Shown here: positions 26,560 to 41,400 of the stretch, piece after piece
Position numbering within the stretch: position 1 is the stretch's first letter
Layout: each line of letters starts with the position of its first letter
Source: Eledone cirrhosa
Lineage: Eukaryota
Assembly (NCBI GenBank): GCA_964016885.1
Contig: OZ024740.1
Span: forward strand, 417,446,001-417,510,000
Direction: 5' to 3'
Length of the DNA: 64,000 bases
Position numbers and translations under genes: made by a program
Notes under the pieces: model-generated
The model's input: the letters and a program-made list of their open reading frames with translations, nothing else
The model's database searches: none
Told to the model about the DNA's origin: nothing

Positions 26560-29430
26560 CTCTGAATTGAGAGACCTCAGCTCTGATATTACAGACATGT
26601 GGTTAGAATGTCTCAGGAAAGAATCTCTGAATTGAGAGACCACAGCTCTGATACTACAGGCATGTGGTTAGAATGTCTCAGGAAAGAATCTCTGAATTGA
26701 GAGATCACAGCTCTGATACTACAGACATGTGGTTATAATGTCTCAGGAAAGAACCTCTGAATTGAGAGACCTCAGCTATTATATTACAAACATGTGGTTA
26801 GAATGTCTCAGGAAAGAGTCTCTGAATTGAGAGACCACAGCTCTGATATTACAAACATGTGGTTAGAATGTCTCAGGAAAGAGTCTCTGAATTGAGAGAC
26901 CACAGCTCTGATACTACAGACTTGTGGTTAGAATGTCTCTGGAAAGAATCTCTGAATTGAGAGATCACAGCTCTGATATTACAGGCATGTGGCTAGAATG
27001 TCTCAGGAAAGAATCTCTGAATTGAGAGACCACAGCTCTGATACTACAGATATGTGGTTAGAATGTCTCAGGAAAGAGTCTCTGAATTGAGAGACCACAG
27101 CTCTGAAACTACAGGCATGTGGTTAGAATGTCTCAGGAAAGAATCTCTGAATTGAGAGATCACAGCTCTGATATTACAGACACGTGGTTAGAATGTCTCA
27201 GGAAAGAACCTCTGAATTGAGAGACGACAGCTCTGATATTACAGACATGTGGCTGGAATGTCTCAGGAAAGAATCTCTGAATTGAGAGACCACAGCTCTG
27301 ATATTACTAGACATGTGGTTAGAATGTCTCAGTAAAGAATCTATCTCTGAATTGAGAGACCACAGCTCTGATACTACAAACATGTGGTTAGAATGTCTCA
27401 AGAAAGAGTCTCTCAATTGAGAGACCACAGCTCTGATATTACAGACATGTGGTTAGAATGTCTCAGGAAATAGTCTCTGAATTGAGAGACCACAGCTCTG
27501 ATATTACAGACATGTGGTTAGAATGTCTCAGGAAATAATCTCTGAATTGAGAGATCACAGCTCTGATATTACAAACATGTGGTTAGAACGTCTCAGGAAA
27601 GGATCTCTGAATTGAGAGATCACAGCTCTGATATTAAAGACATGTGGTTAGAATGTCTCAGGAAAGAGTCTCTGAATTGAGAGATCACAGCTCTGATATT
27701 ACAGACATGTGGTTAGAATGTCTCAGGAAAGAGTCTCTGAATTGAGAGATCACAGCTCTGGTATTACTAGACATGTGGTTAGAATGTCTCAGGAAAAAGT
27801 CTCTCAATTGAGAGACCACAGCTCTGATATTACAGACATGTGGTTAGAATGTCTCAGGAAAGAACCTCTGAATTGAGAGACCACAGCTCTGATACTACAG
27901 ACATGTGGCTAGAATGTCTCAGGAAAAAGTCTTTGAGGTTAGAGATCACAGCTCTGATATTACTAGACATGTGGTTAGAATGTCTCAAGAAAGAACCTCT
28001 GAATTGAGAGACCTCAGCTCTGATATTACAGACATGTGGTTAGAATGTCTCAGGAAAGAATCTCTGAATTGAGAGACCACAGCTCTGATACTACAGGCAT
28101 GTGGTTAGAATGTCTCAGGAAAGAATCTCTGAATTGAGAGATCACAGCTCTGATACTACAGACATGTGGTTATAATGTCTCAGGAAAGAACCTCTGAATT
28201 GAGAGACCTCAGCTATTATATTACAAACATGTGGTTAGAATGTCTCAGGAAAGAGTCTCTGAATTGAGAGACCACAGCTCTGATATTACAAACATGTGGT
28301 TAGAATGTCTCAGGAAAGAGTCTCTGAATTGAGAGACCACAGCTCTGATACTACAGACTTGTGGTTAGAATGTCTCTGGAAAGAATCTCTGAATTGAGAG
28401 ATCACAGCTCTGATATTACAGGCATGTGGCTAGAATGTCTCAGGAAAGAATCTCTGAATTGAGAGACCACAGCTCTGATACTACAGATATGTGGTTAGAA
28501 TGTCTCAGGAAAGAGTCTCTGAATTGAGAGACCACAGCTCTGAAACTACAGGCATGTGGTTAGAATGTCTCAGGAAAGAATCTCTGAATTGAGAGATCAC
28601 AGCTCTGATATTACAGACACGTGGTTAGAATGTCTCAGGAAAGAACCTCTGAATTGAGAGACGACAGCTCTGATATTACAGACATGTGGCTGGAATGTCT
28701 CAGGAAAGAATCTCTGAATTGAGAGACCACAGCTCTGATATTACTAGACATGTGGTTAGAATGTCTCAGTAAAGAATCTATCTCTGAATTGAGAGACCAC
28801 AGCTCTGATACTACAAACATGTGGTTAGAATGTCTCAAGAAAGAGTCTCTCAATTGAGAGACCACAGCTCTGATATTACAGACATGTGGTTAGAATGTCT
28901 CAGGAAATAGTCTCTGAATTGAGAGACCACAGCTCTGATATTACAGACATGTGGTTAGAATGTCTCAGGAAATAATCTCTGAATTGAGAGATCACAGCTC
29001 TGATATTACAAACATGTGGTTAGAACGTCTCAGGAAAGGATCTCTGAATTGAGAGATCACAGCTCTGATATTAAAGACATGTGGTTAGAATGTCTCAGGA
29101 AAGAGTCTCTGAATTGAGAGATCACAGCTCTGATATTACAGACATGTGGTTAGAATGTCTCAGGAAAGAGTCTCTGAATTGAGAGATCACAGCTCTGGTA
29201 TTACTAGACATGTGGTTAGAATGTCTCAGGAAAAAGTCTCTCAATTGAGAGACCACAGCTCTGATATTACAGACATGTGGTTAGAATGTCTCAGGAAAGA
29301 ACCTCTGAATTGAGAGACCACAGCTCTGATACTACAGACATGTGGCTAGAATGTCTCAGGAAAAAGTCTTTGAGGTTAGAGATCACAGCTCTGATATTAC
29401 TAGACATGTGGTTAGAATGTCTCAAGAAAG
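26560..29430. repeat. Tandem duplication of a 22-monomer unit (1437 bp)
   Basis: GCTATTATA at 26775 and 28212; ORFs at 27198/28635; GGAAATAATC is seen in both copies. Confidence 0.9.
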
Positions 29431-32400
29431 AGTCTCTGAATTGAGAGACCACAGCTCTGATATTACGGACATGTGGCTAGAATGTCTCAGGAAAGAGTCT
29501 CTGAATTGAGAGATCACAGCTCTGATATTACTAGACATGCGGTTAGAATGTCTGAGGAAAGTGTCTCTGAATTGAGAGACCACAGCTCTGATATTACAGA
29601 CATGTGGGTAGAATGTCTCAGGAAAGAACCTCTGAATTGAGAGACCACAGCTCTGATATTACAGACATGTGGCTAGAATGTCTCAGGAAAGAACCTCTGA
29701 ATTGAGAGACGACAGCTCTGATATTACAGACATGTGGCTGGAATGTCTCAGGAAAGAATCTCTGAATTGAGAGACCGCAGCTCTGATATTACTAGACATG
29801 TGGTTAGAATGTCTCAGTAAAGAATCTATCTCTGAATTGAGAGACCACAGCTCTGATACTACAGACATGTGGTTAGAATGTCTCAAGAAAGAGTCTCTCA
29901 ATTGAGAGACCACAGCTCTGATATTACAGACATGTGGCTAGAATGTCTCAGGAAAGAGTCTCTGAATTGAGAGATCACAGCTCTGATGTTACAGACATGT
30001 GGTTAGAATGTCTCAGGAAAGAATCTCTGAATTGAGAGACCACAGCTCTGATATTACAGACATGTGGCTAGAATGTCTCAGGAAAGAGTCTTTGAATTGA
30101 GAGATCACAGCTCTGATATTACAGACATGTGGGTAGAATGTCTCAGGAAAGAACCTCTGAATTGAGAGACCACAGATCTGATATTACAGACATGTGGCTA
30201 GAATGTCTCAGGAAAGAGTCTCTGGATTGAGAGATCACAGATCTGATATTACAGACATGTGGTAAGAATGTCTCAGAAAAGAATCTCCGAATTGAGAGAC
30301 CACAGCTCTGATACTACAGACATGTGGTTAGAATGTCTCAGGAAAGAATCTCAGAATTGAGAGACCACAGCTCTGATACTACAGACATGGGGTTAGAATG
30401 TCTCAGGAAAGAGTCTCTGAATTGAGAGATCACAGCTCTGATATTACAGACATGTGGTTAGAATGTCTCAGGAAATAGTCTCTGAATTGAGAGACCACAG
30501 CTCTGATATTACAGACGTGTGGTTAGAATGTCTCAGGAAAGAATCTCTGAATTGAGAGATCACAGCTCTGATATTACAGACATGTGGTTAGAATGTCTCA
30601 GGAAAGAATCTCTGAATTGAGAGATCACAGCTCTGATATTAAAGACATGTGGTTAGAATGTCTCAGGAAAGAGTCTCTGAATTGAGAGATCACAGCTCTG
30701 ATATTACAGACATGTGGTTAGAATGTCTCAGGAAAGAGTCTCTGAATTGAGAGATCACAGCTCTGATATTACTAGACATGTGGTTAGAATGTCTCAGGAA
30801 AGAATCTCTGAATTGAGAGATCACAGCTCTGATACTACAGACATGTGCTTAGAATGTCTCAGGAAAGAACCTCTGAATTGAGAGACCACAGCTCTGATAC
30901 TACAGACATGTGGTTAGAATGTCTCAGGAAAGAATCTCTGAATTGAGAGACCACAGCTCTGATACTACAGACATGGGGTTAGAATGTCTCAGGAAAGAGT
31001 CTCTGAATTGAGAGATCACAGCTCTGATATTACAGACATGTGGTTAGAATGTCTCAGGAAATAGTCTCTGAATTGAGAGACCACAGCTCTGATATTACAG
31101 ACGTGTGGTTAGAATGTCTCAGGAAAGAATCTCTGAATTGAGAGATCACAGCTCTGATATTACAGACATGTGGTTAGAATGTCTCAGGAAAGAATCTCTG
31201 AATTGAGAGATCACAGCTCTGATATTAAAGACATGTGGTTAGAATGTCTCAGGAAAGAGTCTCTGAATTGAGAGATCACAGCTCTGATATTACAGACATG
31301 TGGTTAGAATGTCTCAGGAAAGAATCTCTGAATTGAGAGATCACAGCTCTGATATTAAAGACATGTGGTTAGAATGTCTCAGGAAAGAATCTCTGAATTG
31401 AGAGATCACAGCTCTGATACTACAGACATGTGCTTAGAATGTCTCAGGAAAGAACCTCTGAATTGAGAGACCACAGCTCTGATACTACAGACATGTGGTT
31501 AGAATGTCTCAGGAAAGAATCTCTGAATTGAGAGACCACAGCTCTGATACTACAGACATGGGGTTAGAATGTCTCAGGAAAGAGTCTCTGAATTGAGAGA
31601 TCACAGCTCTGATATTACAGACATGTGGTTAGAATGTCTCAGGAAATAGTCTCTGAATTGAGAGACCACAGCTCTGATATTACAGACGTGTGGTTAGAAT
31701 GTCTCAGGAAAGAATCTCTGAATTGAGAGATCACAGCTCTGATATTACAGACATGTGGTTAGAATGTCTCAGGAAAGAGACTCTGAATTGAGAGATCACA
31801 GCTCTGATATTACAGACATGTGGTTAGAATGTCTCAGGAAAGAGTCTCTGAATTGAGAGATCACAGCTCTGATATTACTAGACATGTGGTTAGAATGTCT
31901 CAGGAAAAAGTCTCTCAATTGAGAGACCACAGCTCTGATATTACAGACATGTGGTTAGAATGTCTCAGGAAAGAGTCTCTGAATTGAGAGATCACAGCTC
32001 TGATATTACAGACATGTGGTTAGAATGTCTCAGGAAAGAATCTCTTAATTGAGAGATCACAGCTCTGATATTAAAGACATGTGGTTAGAATGTCTCAGGA
32101 AAGAATCTCTGAATTGGGAGATCACAGCTCTGATACTACAGACATGTGGTTAGAATGTCTCAGGAAAGAACCTCTGAATTGAGAGACCACAGCTCTGATA
32201 CTACAGACATGTGGCTAGAATGTCTCAGGAAAGAGTCTCTGAATTGAGAGACCACAGCTCTGATGTTACAGACATGTGGTTAGAATGTCTCAGGAAAGAG
32301 TCTCTGAATTGAGAGATCACAGCTCTGATATTACAGACATGTGGTTAGAATGTCTCAGGAGAGGATCTCTGATTTGAGAGATAACAGCTCTGATATTACA

Positions 32401-35400
32401 GACATGTGGGTAGAATGTCTCAGGAAAGAATCTCTGAATTGAGAGATCACAGCTCTGATATTATAGACATGTGGTTAGAATGTCTCAGGAAAGAGTCTCT
32501 GAATTGAGAGATCACAGCTCTGATATTACAGACATGTGGCTAGAATGTCTCAGGAAAAAGTCTTTGAGGTGAGAGATCACAGCTCTGATATTACTAGACA
32601 TGTGGTTAGAATGTCTCAAGAAAGAGTCTCTGAATTGAGAGACCACAGCTCTGATATTACGGACATGTGGCTAGAATGTCTCAGGAAAGAGTCTCTGAAT
32701 TGAGAGATCACAGCTCTGATATTACTAGACATGCGGTTAGAATGTCTGAGGAATGTGTCTCTGAATTGAGAGACCACAGCTCTGATATTACAGACATGTG
32801 GATAGAATGTCCCAGGAAAGAACCTCTGAATTGAGAGACAACAGCTCTGATATTATAGACATGTGGGTAGATTGTCTCAGGAAAGAGTCTCTGAATTGAG
32901 AGACCACAGCTCTGATATTACAAACATGTGGTTAGAATGTCTCAGGAAAGAACCTCTGAATTGAGAGACCACAGCTCTGATATTACAGACATGTGGTTAG
33001 AATGTCTCAGGAAAGAGTCTCTGAATTGAGAGACCACAGCTCTGAAACTACAGGCATGTGGTTAGAATGTCTCAGGAAAGAATCTCTGAATTGAGAGATC
33101 ACAGCTCTGATATTACAGACACGTGGTTAGAATGTCTCAGGAAAGAACCTCTGAATTGAGAGACGACAGCTCTGATATTACAGACATGTGGCTGGAATGT
33201 CTCAGGAAAGAATCTCTGAATTGAGAGACCACAGCTCTGATATTACTAGACATGTGGTTAGAATGTCTCAGTAAAGAATCTATCTCTGAATTGAGAGACC
33301 ACAGCTCTGATACTACAAACATGTGGTTAGAATGTCTCAAGAAAGAGTCTCTCAAATGAGAGACCACAGCTCTGATATTACAGACATGTGGTTAGAATGT
33401 CTCAGGAAATAGTCTCTGAATTGAGAGACCACAGCTCTGATATTACAGACATGTGGTTAGAATGTCTCAGGAAAGAATCTCTGAATTGAGAGATCACAGC
33501 TCTGATATTACAAACATGTGGTTAGAACGTCTCAGGAAAGGATCTCTGAATTGAGAGATCACAGCTCTGATATTAAAGACATGTGGTTAGAATGTCTCAG
33601 GAAAGAGTCTCTGAATTGAGAGATCACAGCTCTGATATTACAGACATGTGGTTAGAATGTCTCAGGAAAGAGTCTCTGAATTGAGAGATCACAGCTCTGG
33701 TATTACTAGACATGTGGTTAGAATGTCTCAGGAAAGAGTCTCTGAATTGAGAGACCACAGCTCTGATACTACAGACTTGTGGTTAGAATGTCTCTGGAAA
33801 GAATCTCTGAATTGAGAGATCACAGCTCTGATATTACAGGCATGTGGCTAGAATGTCTCAGGAAAGAATCTCTGAATTGAGAGACCACAGCTCTGATACT
33901 ACAGATATGTGGTTAGAATGTCTCAGGAAAGAGTCTCTGAATTGAGAGACCACAGCTCTGAAACTACAGGCATGTGGTTAGAATGTCTCAGGAAAGAATC
34001 TCTGAATTGAGAGATCACAGCTCTGATATTACAGACACGTGGTTAGAATGTCTCAGGAAAGAACCTCTGAATTGAGAGACGACAGCTCTGATATTACAGA
34101 CATGTGGCTGGAATGTCTCAGGAAAGAATCTCTGAATTGAGAGACCACAGCTCTGATATTACTAGACATGTGGTTAGAATGTCTCAGTAAAGAATCTATC
34201 TCTGAATTGAGAGACCACAGCTCTGATACTACAAACATGTGGTTAGAATGTCTCAAGAAAGAGTCTCTCAATTGAGAGACCACAGCTCTGATATTACAGA
34301 CATGTGGTTAGAATGTCTCAGGAAATAGTCTCTGAATTGAGAGACCACAGCTCTGATATTACAGACATGTGGTTAGAATGTCTCAGGAAAGAATCTCTGA
34401 ATTGAGAGATCACAGCTCTGATATTACAAACATGTGGTTAGAACGTCTCAGGAAAGGATCTCTGAATTGAGAGATCACAGCTCTGATATTAAAGACATGT
34501 GGTTAGAATGTCTCAGGAAAGAGTCTCTGAATTGAGAGATCACAGCTCTGATATTACAGACATGTGGTTAGAATGTCTCAGGAAAGAGTCTCTGAATTGA
34601 GAGATCACAGCTCTGGTATTACTAGACATGTGGTTAGAATGTCTCAGGAAAAAGTCTCTCAATTGAGAGACCACAGCTCTGATATTACAGACATGTGGTT
34701 AGAATGTCTCAGGAAAGAACCTCTGAATTGAGAGACCACAGCTCTGATACTACAGACATGTGGCTAGAATGTCTCAGGAAAAAGTCTTTGAGGTTAGAGA
34801 TCACAGCTCTGATATTACTAGACATGTGGTTAGAATGTCTCAAGAAAGAGTCTCTGAATTGAGAGACCACAGCTCTGATATTACGGACATGTGGCTAGAA
34901 TGTCTCAGGAAAGAGTCTCTGAATTAAGAGATCACAGCTCTGATATTACTAGACATGCAGTTAGAATGTCTGAGGAAAGTGTCTCTGAATTGAGAGACCA
35001 CAGCTCTGATATTACAGACATGTGGGTAGAATGTCTCAGGAAAGAACCTCTGAATTGAGAGACCACAGCTCTGATATTACAGACATGTGGCTAGAATGTC
35101 TCAGGAAAGAACCTCTGAATTGAGAGACGACAGCTCTGATATTACAGACATGTGGCTGGAATGTCTCAGGAAAGAATCTCTGAATTGAGAGACCGCAGCT
35201 CTGATATTACTAGACATGTGGTTAGAATGTCTCAGTAAAGAATCTATCTCTGAATTGAGAGACCACAGCTCTGATACTACAGACATGTGGTTAGAATGTC
35301 TCAAGAAAGAGTCTCTCAATTGAGAGACCACAGCTCTGATATTACAGACATGTGGCTAGAATGTCTCAGGAAAGAGTCTCTGAATTGAGAGATCACAGCT

Positions 35401-38400
35401 CTGATGTTACAGACATGTGGTTAGAATGTCTCAGGAAAGAATCTCTGAATTGAGAGACCACAGCTCTGATATTACAGACATGTGGCTAGAATGTCTCAGG
35501 AAAGAGTCTTTGAATTGAGAGATCACAGCTCTGATATTACAGACATGTGGGTAGAATGTCTCAGGAAAGAACCTCTGAATTGAGAGACCACAGATCTGAT
35601 ATTACAGACATGTGGCTAGAATGTCTCAGGAAAGAGTCTCTGGATTGAGAGATCACAGATCTGATATTACAGACATGTGGTAAGAATGTCTCAGAAAAGA
35701 ATCTCCGAATTGAGAGACCACAGCTCTGATACTACAGACATGTGGTTAGAATGTCTCAGGAAAGAACCTCTGAATTGAGAGACCACAGCTCTGATACTAC
35801 AGACATGTGGTTAGAATGTCTCAGGAAAGAATTTCTGAATTGAGAGACCACAGCTCTGATACTACAGACATGGGGTTAGAATGTCTCAGGAAAGAGTCTC
35901 TGAATTGAGAGATCACAGCTCTGATATTACAGACATGTGGTTAGAATGTCTCAGGAAATAGTCTCTGAATTGAGAGACCACAGCTCTGATATTACAGACG
36001 TGTGGTTAGAATGTCTCAGGAAAGAATCTCTGAATTGAGAGATCACAGCTCTGATATTACAGACATGTGGTTAGAATGTCTCAGGAAAGAATCTCTGAAT
36101 TGAGAGATCACAGCTCTGATATTAAAGACATGTGGTTAGAATGTCTCAGGAAAGAGTCTCTGAATTGAGAGATCACAGCTCTGATATTACAGACATGTGG
36201 TTAGAATGTCTCAGGAAAGAATCTCTGAATTGAGAGATCACAGCTCTGATATTAAAGACATGTGGTTAGAATGTCTCAGGAAAGAATCTCTGAATTGAGA
36301 GATCACAGCTCTGATACTACAGACATGTGCTTAGAATGTCTCAGGAAAGAACCTCTGAATTGAGAGACCACAGCTCTGATACTACAGACATGTGGTTAGA
36401 ATGTCTCAGGAAAGAATCTCTGAATTGAGAGACCACAGCTCTGATACTACAGACATGGGGTTAGAATGTCTCAGGAAAGAGTCTCTGAATTGAGAGATCA
36501 CAGCTCTGATATTACAGACATGTGGTTAGAATGTCTCAGGAAATAGTCTCTGAATTGAGAGACCACAGCTCTGATATTACAGACGTGTGGTTAGAATGTC
36601 TCAGGAAAGAATCTCTGAATTGAGAGATCACAGCTCTGATATTACAGACATGTGGTTAGAATGTCTCAGGAAAGAGACTCTGAATTGAGAGATCACAGCT
36701 CTGATATTACAGACATGTGGTTAGAATGTCTCAGGAAAGAGTCTCTGAATTGAGAGATCACAGCTCTGATATTACTAGACATGTGGTTAGAATGTCTCAG
36801 GAAAAAGTCTCTCAATTGAGAGACCACAGCTCTGATATTACAGACATGTGGTTAGAATGTCTCAGGAAAGAGTCTCTGAATTGAGAGATCACAGCTCTGA
36901 TATTACAGACATGTGGTTAGAATGTCTCAGGAAAGAATCTCTGAATTGAGAGATCACAGCTCTGATATTAAAGACATGTGGTTAGAATGTCTCAGGAAAG
37001 AATCTCTGAATTGGGAGATCACAGCTCTGATACTACAGACATGTGGTTAGAATGTCTCAGGAAAGAACCTCTGAATTGAGAGACCACAGCTCTGATACTA
37101 CAGACATGTGGCTAGAATGTCTCAGGAAAGAGTCTCTGAATTGAGAGACCACAGCTCTGATGTTACAGACATGTGGTTAGAATGTCTCAGGAAAGAGTCT
37201 CTGAATTGAGAGATCACAGCTCTGATATTACAGACATGTGGTTAGAATGTCTCAGGAGAGGATCTCTGATTTGAGAGATAACAGCTCTGATATTACAGAC
37301 ATGTGGGTAGAATGTCTCAGGAAAGAATCTCTGAATTGAGAGATCACAGCTCTGATATTATAGACATGTGGTTAGAATGTCTCAGGAAAGAGTCTCTGAA
37401 TTGAGAGATCACAGCTCTGATATTACAGACATGTGGCTAGAATGTCTCAGGAAAAAGTCTTTGAGGTGAGAGATCACAGCTCTGATATTACTAGACATGT
37501 GGTTAGAATGTCTCAAGAAAGAGTCTCTGAATTGAGAGACCACAGCTCTGATATTACGGACATGTGGCTAGAATGTCTCAGGAAAGAGTCTCTGAATTGA
37601 GAGATCACAGCTCTGATATTACTAGACATGCGGTTAGAATGTCTGAGGAAAGTGTCTCTGAATTGAGAGACCACAGCTCTGATATTACAGACATGTGGAT
37701 AGAATGTCCCAGGAAAGAACCTCTGAATTGAGAGACAACAGCTCTGATATTATAGACATGTGGGTAGATTGTCTCAGGAAAGAGTCTCTGAATTGAGAGA
37801 CCACAGCTCTGATATTACAAACATGTGGTTAGAATGTCTCAGGAAAGAACCTCTGAATTGAGAGACCACAGCTCTGATATTACAGACATGTGGTTAGAAT
37901 GTCTCAGGAAAGAATCTTCGAATTGAGAGACCACAGATCTGATATTACAGACATGTGGTTAGAATGTCTCAGGAAAGAATCTCTGAATTGAGAGACCACA
38001 GCACTGTAACTACAGACATGTGGTTAGAATGTCTCAGGAAAGAGTCTCTGAATTGAGAAATCACAACTCTGATGTTACAGACATGTGGTTAGAATGTCTC
38101 AGGAAAGAGTCTCTGAATTGAGAGACCTCAGCTATTATATTACAAACATGTGGTTAGAATGTCTCAGGAAAGAGTCTCTGAATTGAGAGACCACAGCTCT
38201 GATATTACAAACATGTGGTTAGAATGTCTCAGGAAAGAGTCTCTGAATTGAGAGACCACAGCTCTGATACTACAGACTTGTGGTTAGAATGTCTCTGGAA
38301 AGAATCTCTGAATTGAGAGATCACAGCTCTGATATTACAGGCATGTGGCTAGAATGTCTCAGGAAAGAATCTCTGAATTGAGAGACCACAGCTCTGATAC

Positions 38401-41400
38401 TACAGATATGTGGTTAGAATGTCTCAGGAAAGAGTCTCTGAATTGAGAGACCACAGCTCTGAAACTACAGGCATGTGGTTAGAATGTCTCAGGAAAGAAT
38501 CTCTGAATTGAGAGATCACAGCTCTGATATTACAGACACGTGGTTAGAATGTCTCAGGAAAGAACCTCTGAATTGAGAGACGACAGCTCTGATATTACAG
38601 ACATGTGGCTGGAATGTCTCAGGAAAGAATCTCTGAATTGAGAGACCACAGCTCTGATATTACTAGACATGTGGTTAGAATGTCTCAGTAAAGAATCTAT
38701 CTCTGAATTGAGAGACCACAGCTCTGATACTACAAACATGTGGTTAGAATGTCTCAAGAAAGAGTCTCTCAATTGAGAGACCACAGCTCTGATATTACAG
38801 ACATGTGGTTAGAATGTCTCAGGAAATAGTCTCTGAATTGAGAGACCACAGCTCTGATATTACAGACATGTGGTTAGAATGTCTCAGGAAAGAATCTCTG
38901 AATTGAGAGATCACAGCTCTGATATTACAAACATGTGGTTAGAACGTCTCAGGAAAGGATCTCTGAATTGAGAGATCACAGCTCTGATATTAAAGACATG
39001 TGGTTAGAATGTCTCAGGAAAGAGTCTCTGAATTGAGAGATCACAGCTCTGATATTACAGACATGTGGTTAGAATGTCTCAGGAAAGAGTCTCTGAATTG
39101 AGAGATCACAGCTCTGGTATTACTAGACATGTGGTTAGAATGTCTCAGGAAAAAGTCTCTCAATTGAGAGACCACAGCTCTGATATTACAGACATGTGGT
39201 TAGAATGTCTCAGGAAAGAACCTCTGAATTGAGAGACCACAGCTCTGATACTACAGACATGTGGCTAGAATGTCTCAGGAAAAAGTCTTTGAGGTTAGAG
39301 ATCACAGCTCTGATATTACTAGACATGTGGTTAGAATGTCTCAAGAAAGAGTCTCTGAATTGAGAGACCACAGCTCTGATATTACGGACATGTGGCTAGA
39401 ATGTCTCAGGAAAGAGGCTCTGAATTGAGAGATCACAGCTCTGATATTACTAGACATGCGGTTAGAATGTCTGAGGAAAGTGTCTCTGAATTGAGAGACC
39501 ACAGCTCTGATATTACAGACATGTGGGTAGAATGTCTCAGGAAAGAACCTCTGAATTGAGAGACCACAGCTCTGATATTACAGACATGTGGCTAGAATGT
39601 CTCAGGAAAGAACCTCTGAATTGAGAGACGACAGCTCTGATATTACAGACATGTGGCTGGAATGTCTCAGGAAAGAATCTCTGAATTGAGAGACCGCAGC
39701 TCTGATATTACTAGACATGTGGTTAGAATGTCTCAGTAAAGAATCTATCTCTGAATTGAGAGACCACAGCTCTGATACTACAGACATGTGGTTAGAATGT
39801 CTCAAGAAAGAGTCTCTCAATTGAGAGACCACAGCTCTGATATTACAGACATGTGGCTAGAATGTCTCAGGAAAGAGTCTCTGAATTGAGAGATCACAGC
39901 TCTGATGTTACAGACATGTGGTTAGAATGTCTCAGGAAAGAATCTCTGAATTGAGAGACCACAGCTCTGATATTACAGACATGTGGCTAGAATGTCTCAG
40001 GAAAGAGTCTTTGAATTGAGAGATCACAGCTCTGATATTACAGACATGTGGGTAGAATGTCTCAGGAAAGAACCTCTGAATTGAGAGACCACAGATCTGA
40101 TATTACAGACATGTGGCTAGAATGTCTCAGGAAAGAGTCTCTGGATTGAGAGATCACAGATCTGATATTACAGACATGTGGTAAGAATGTCTCAGAAAAG
40201 AATCTCCGAATTGAGAGACCACAGCTCTGATACTACAGACATGTGGTTAGAATGTCTCAGGAAAGAATCTCAGAATTGAGAGACCACAGCTCTGATACTA
40301 CAGACATGGGGTTAGAATGTCTCAGGAAAGAGTCTCTGAATTGAGAGATCACAGCTCTGATATTACAGACATGTGGTTAGAATGTCTCAGGAAATAGTCT
40401 CTGAATTGAGAGACCACAGCTCTGATATTACAGACGTGTGGTTAGAATGTCTCAGGAAAGAATCTCTGAATTGAGAGATCACAGCTCTGATATTACAGAC
40501 ATGTGGTTAGAATGTCTCAGGAAAGAATCTCTGAATTGAGAGATCACAGCTCTGATATTAAAGACATGTGGTTAGAATGTCTCAGGAAAGAGTCTCTGAA
40601 TTGAGAGATCACAGCTCTGATATTACAGACATGTGGTTAGAATGTCTCAGGAAAGAGTCTCTGAATTGAGAGATCACAGCTCTGATATTACTAGACATGT
40701 GGTTAGAATGTCTCAGGAAAGAATCTCTGAATTGAGAGATCACAGCTCTGATACTACAGACATGTGCTTAGAATGTCTCAGGAAAGAACCTCTGAATTGA
40801 GAGACCACAGCTCTGATACTACAGACATGTGGTTAGAATGTCTCAGGAAAGAATCTCTGAATTGAGAGACCACAGCTCTGATACTACAGACATGGGGTTA
40901 GAATGTCTCAGGAAAGAGTCTCTGAATTGAGAGATCACAGCTCTGATATTACAGACATGTGGTTAGAATGTCTCAGGAAATAGTCTCTGAATTGAGAGAC
41001 CACAGCTCTGATATTACAGACGTGTGGTTAGAATGTCTCAGGAAAGAATCTCTGAATTGAGAGATCACAGCTCTGATATTACAGACATGTGGTTAGAATG
41101 TCTCAGGAAAGAATCTCTGAATTGAGAGATCACAGCTCTGATATTAAAGACATGTGGTTAGAATGTCTCAGGAAAGAGTCTCTGAATTGAGAGATCACAG
41201 CTCTGATATTACAGACATGTGGTTAGAATGTCTCAGGAAAGAATCTCTGAATTGAGAGATCACAGCTCTGATATTAAAGACATGTGGTTAGAATGTCTCA
41301 GGAAAGAATCTCTGAATTGAGAGATCACAGCTCTGATACTACAGACATGTGCTTAGAATGTCTCAGGAAAGAACCTCTGAATTGAGAGACCACAGCTCTG

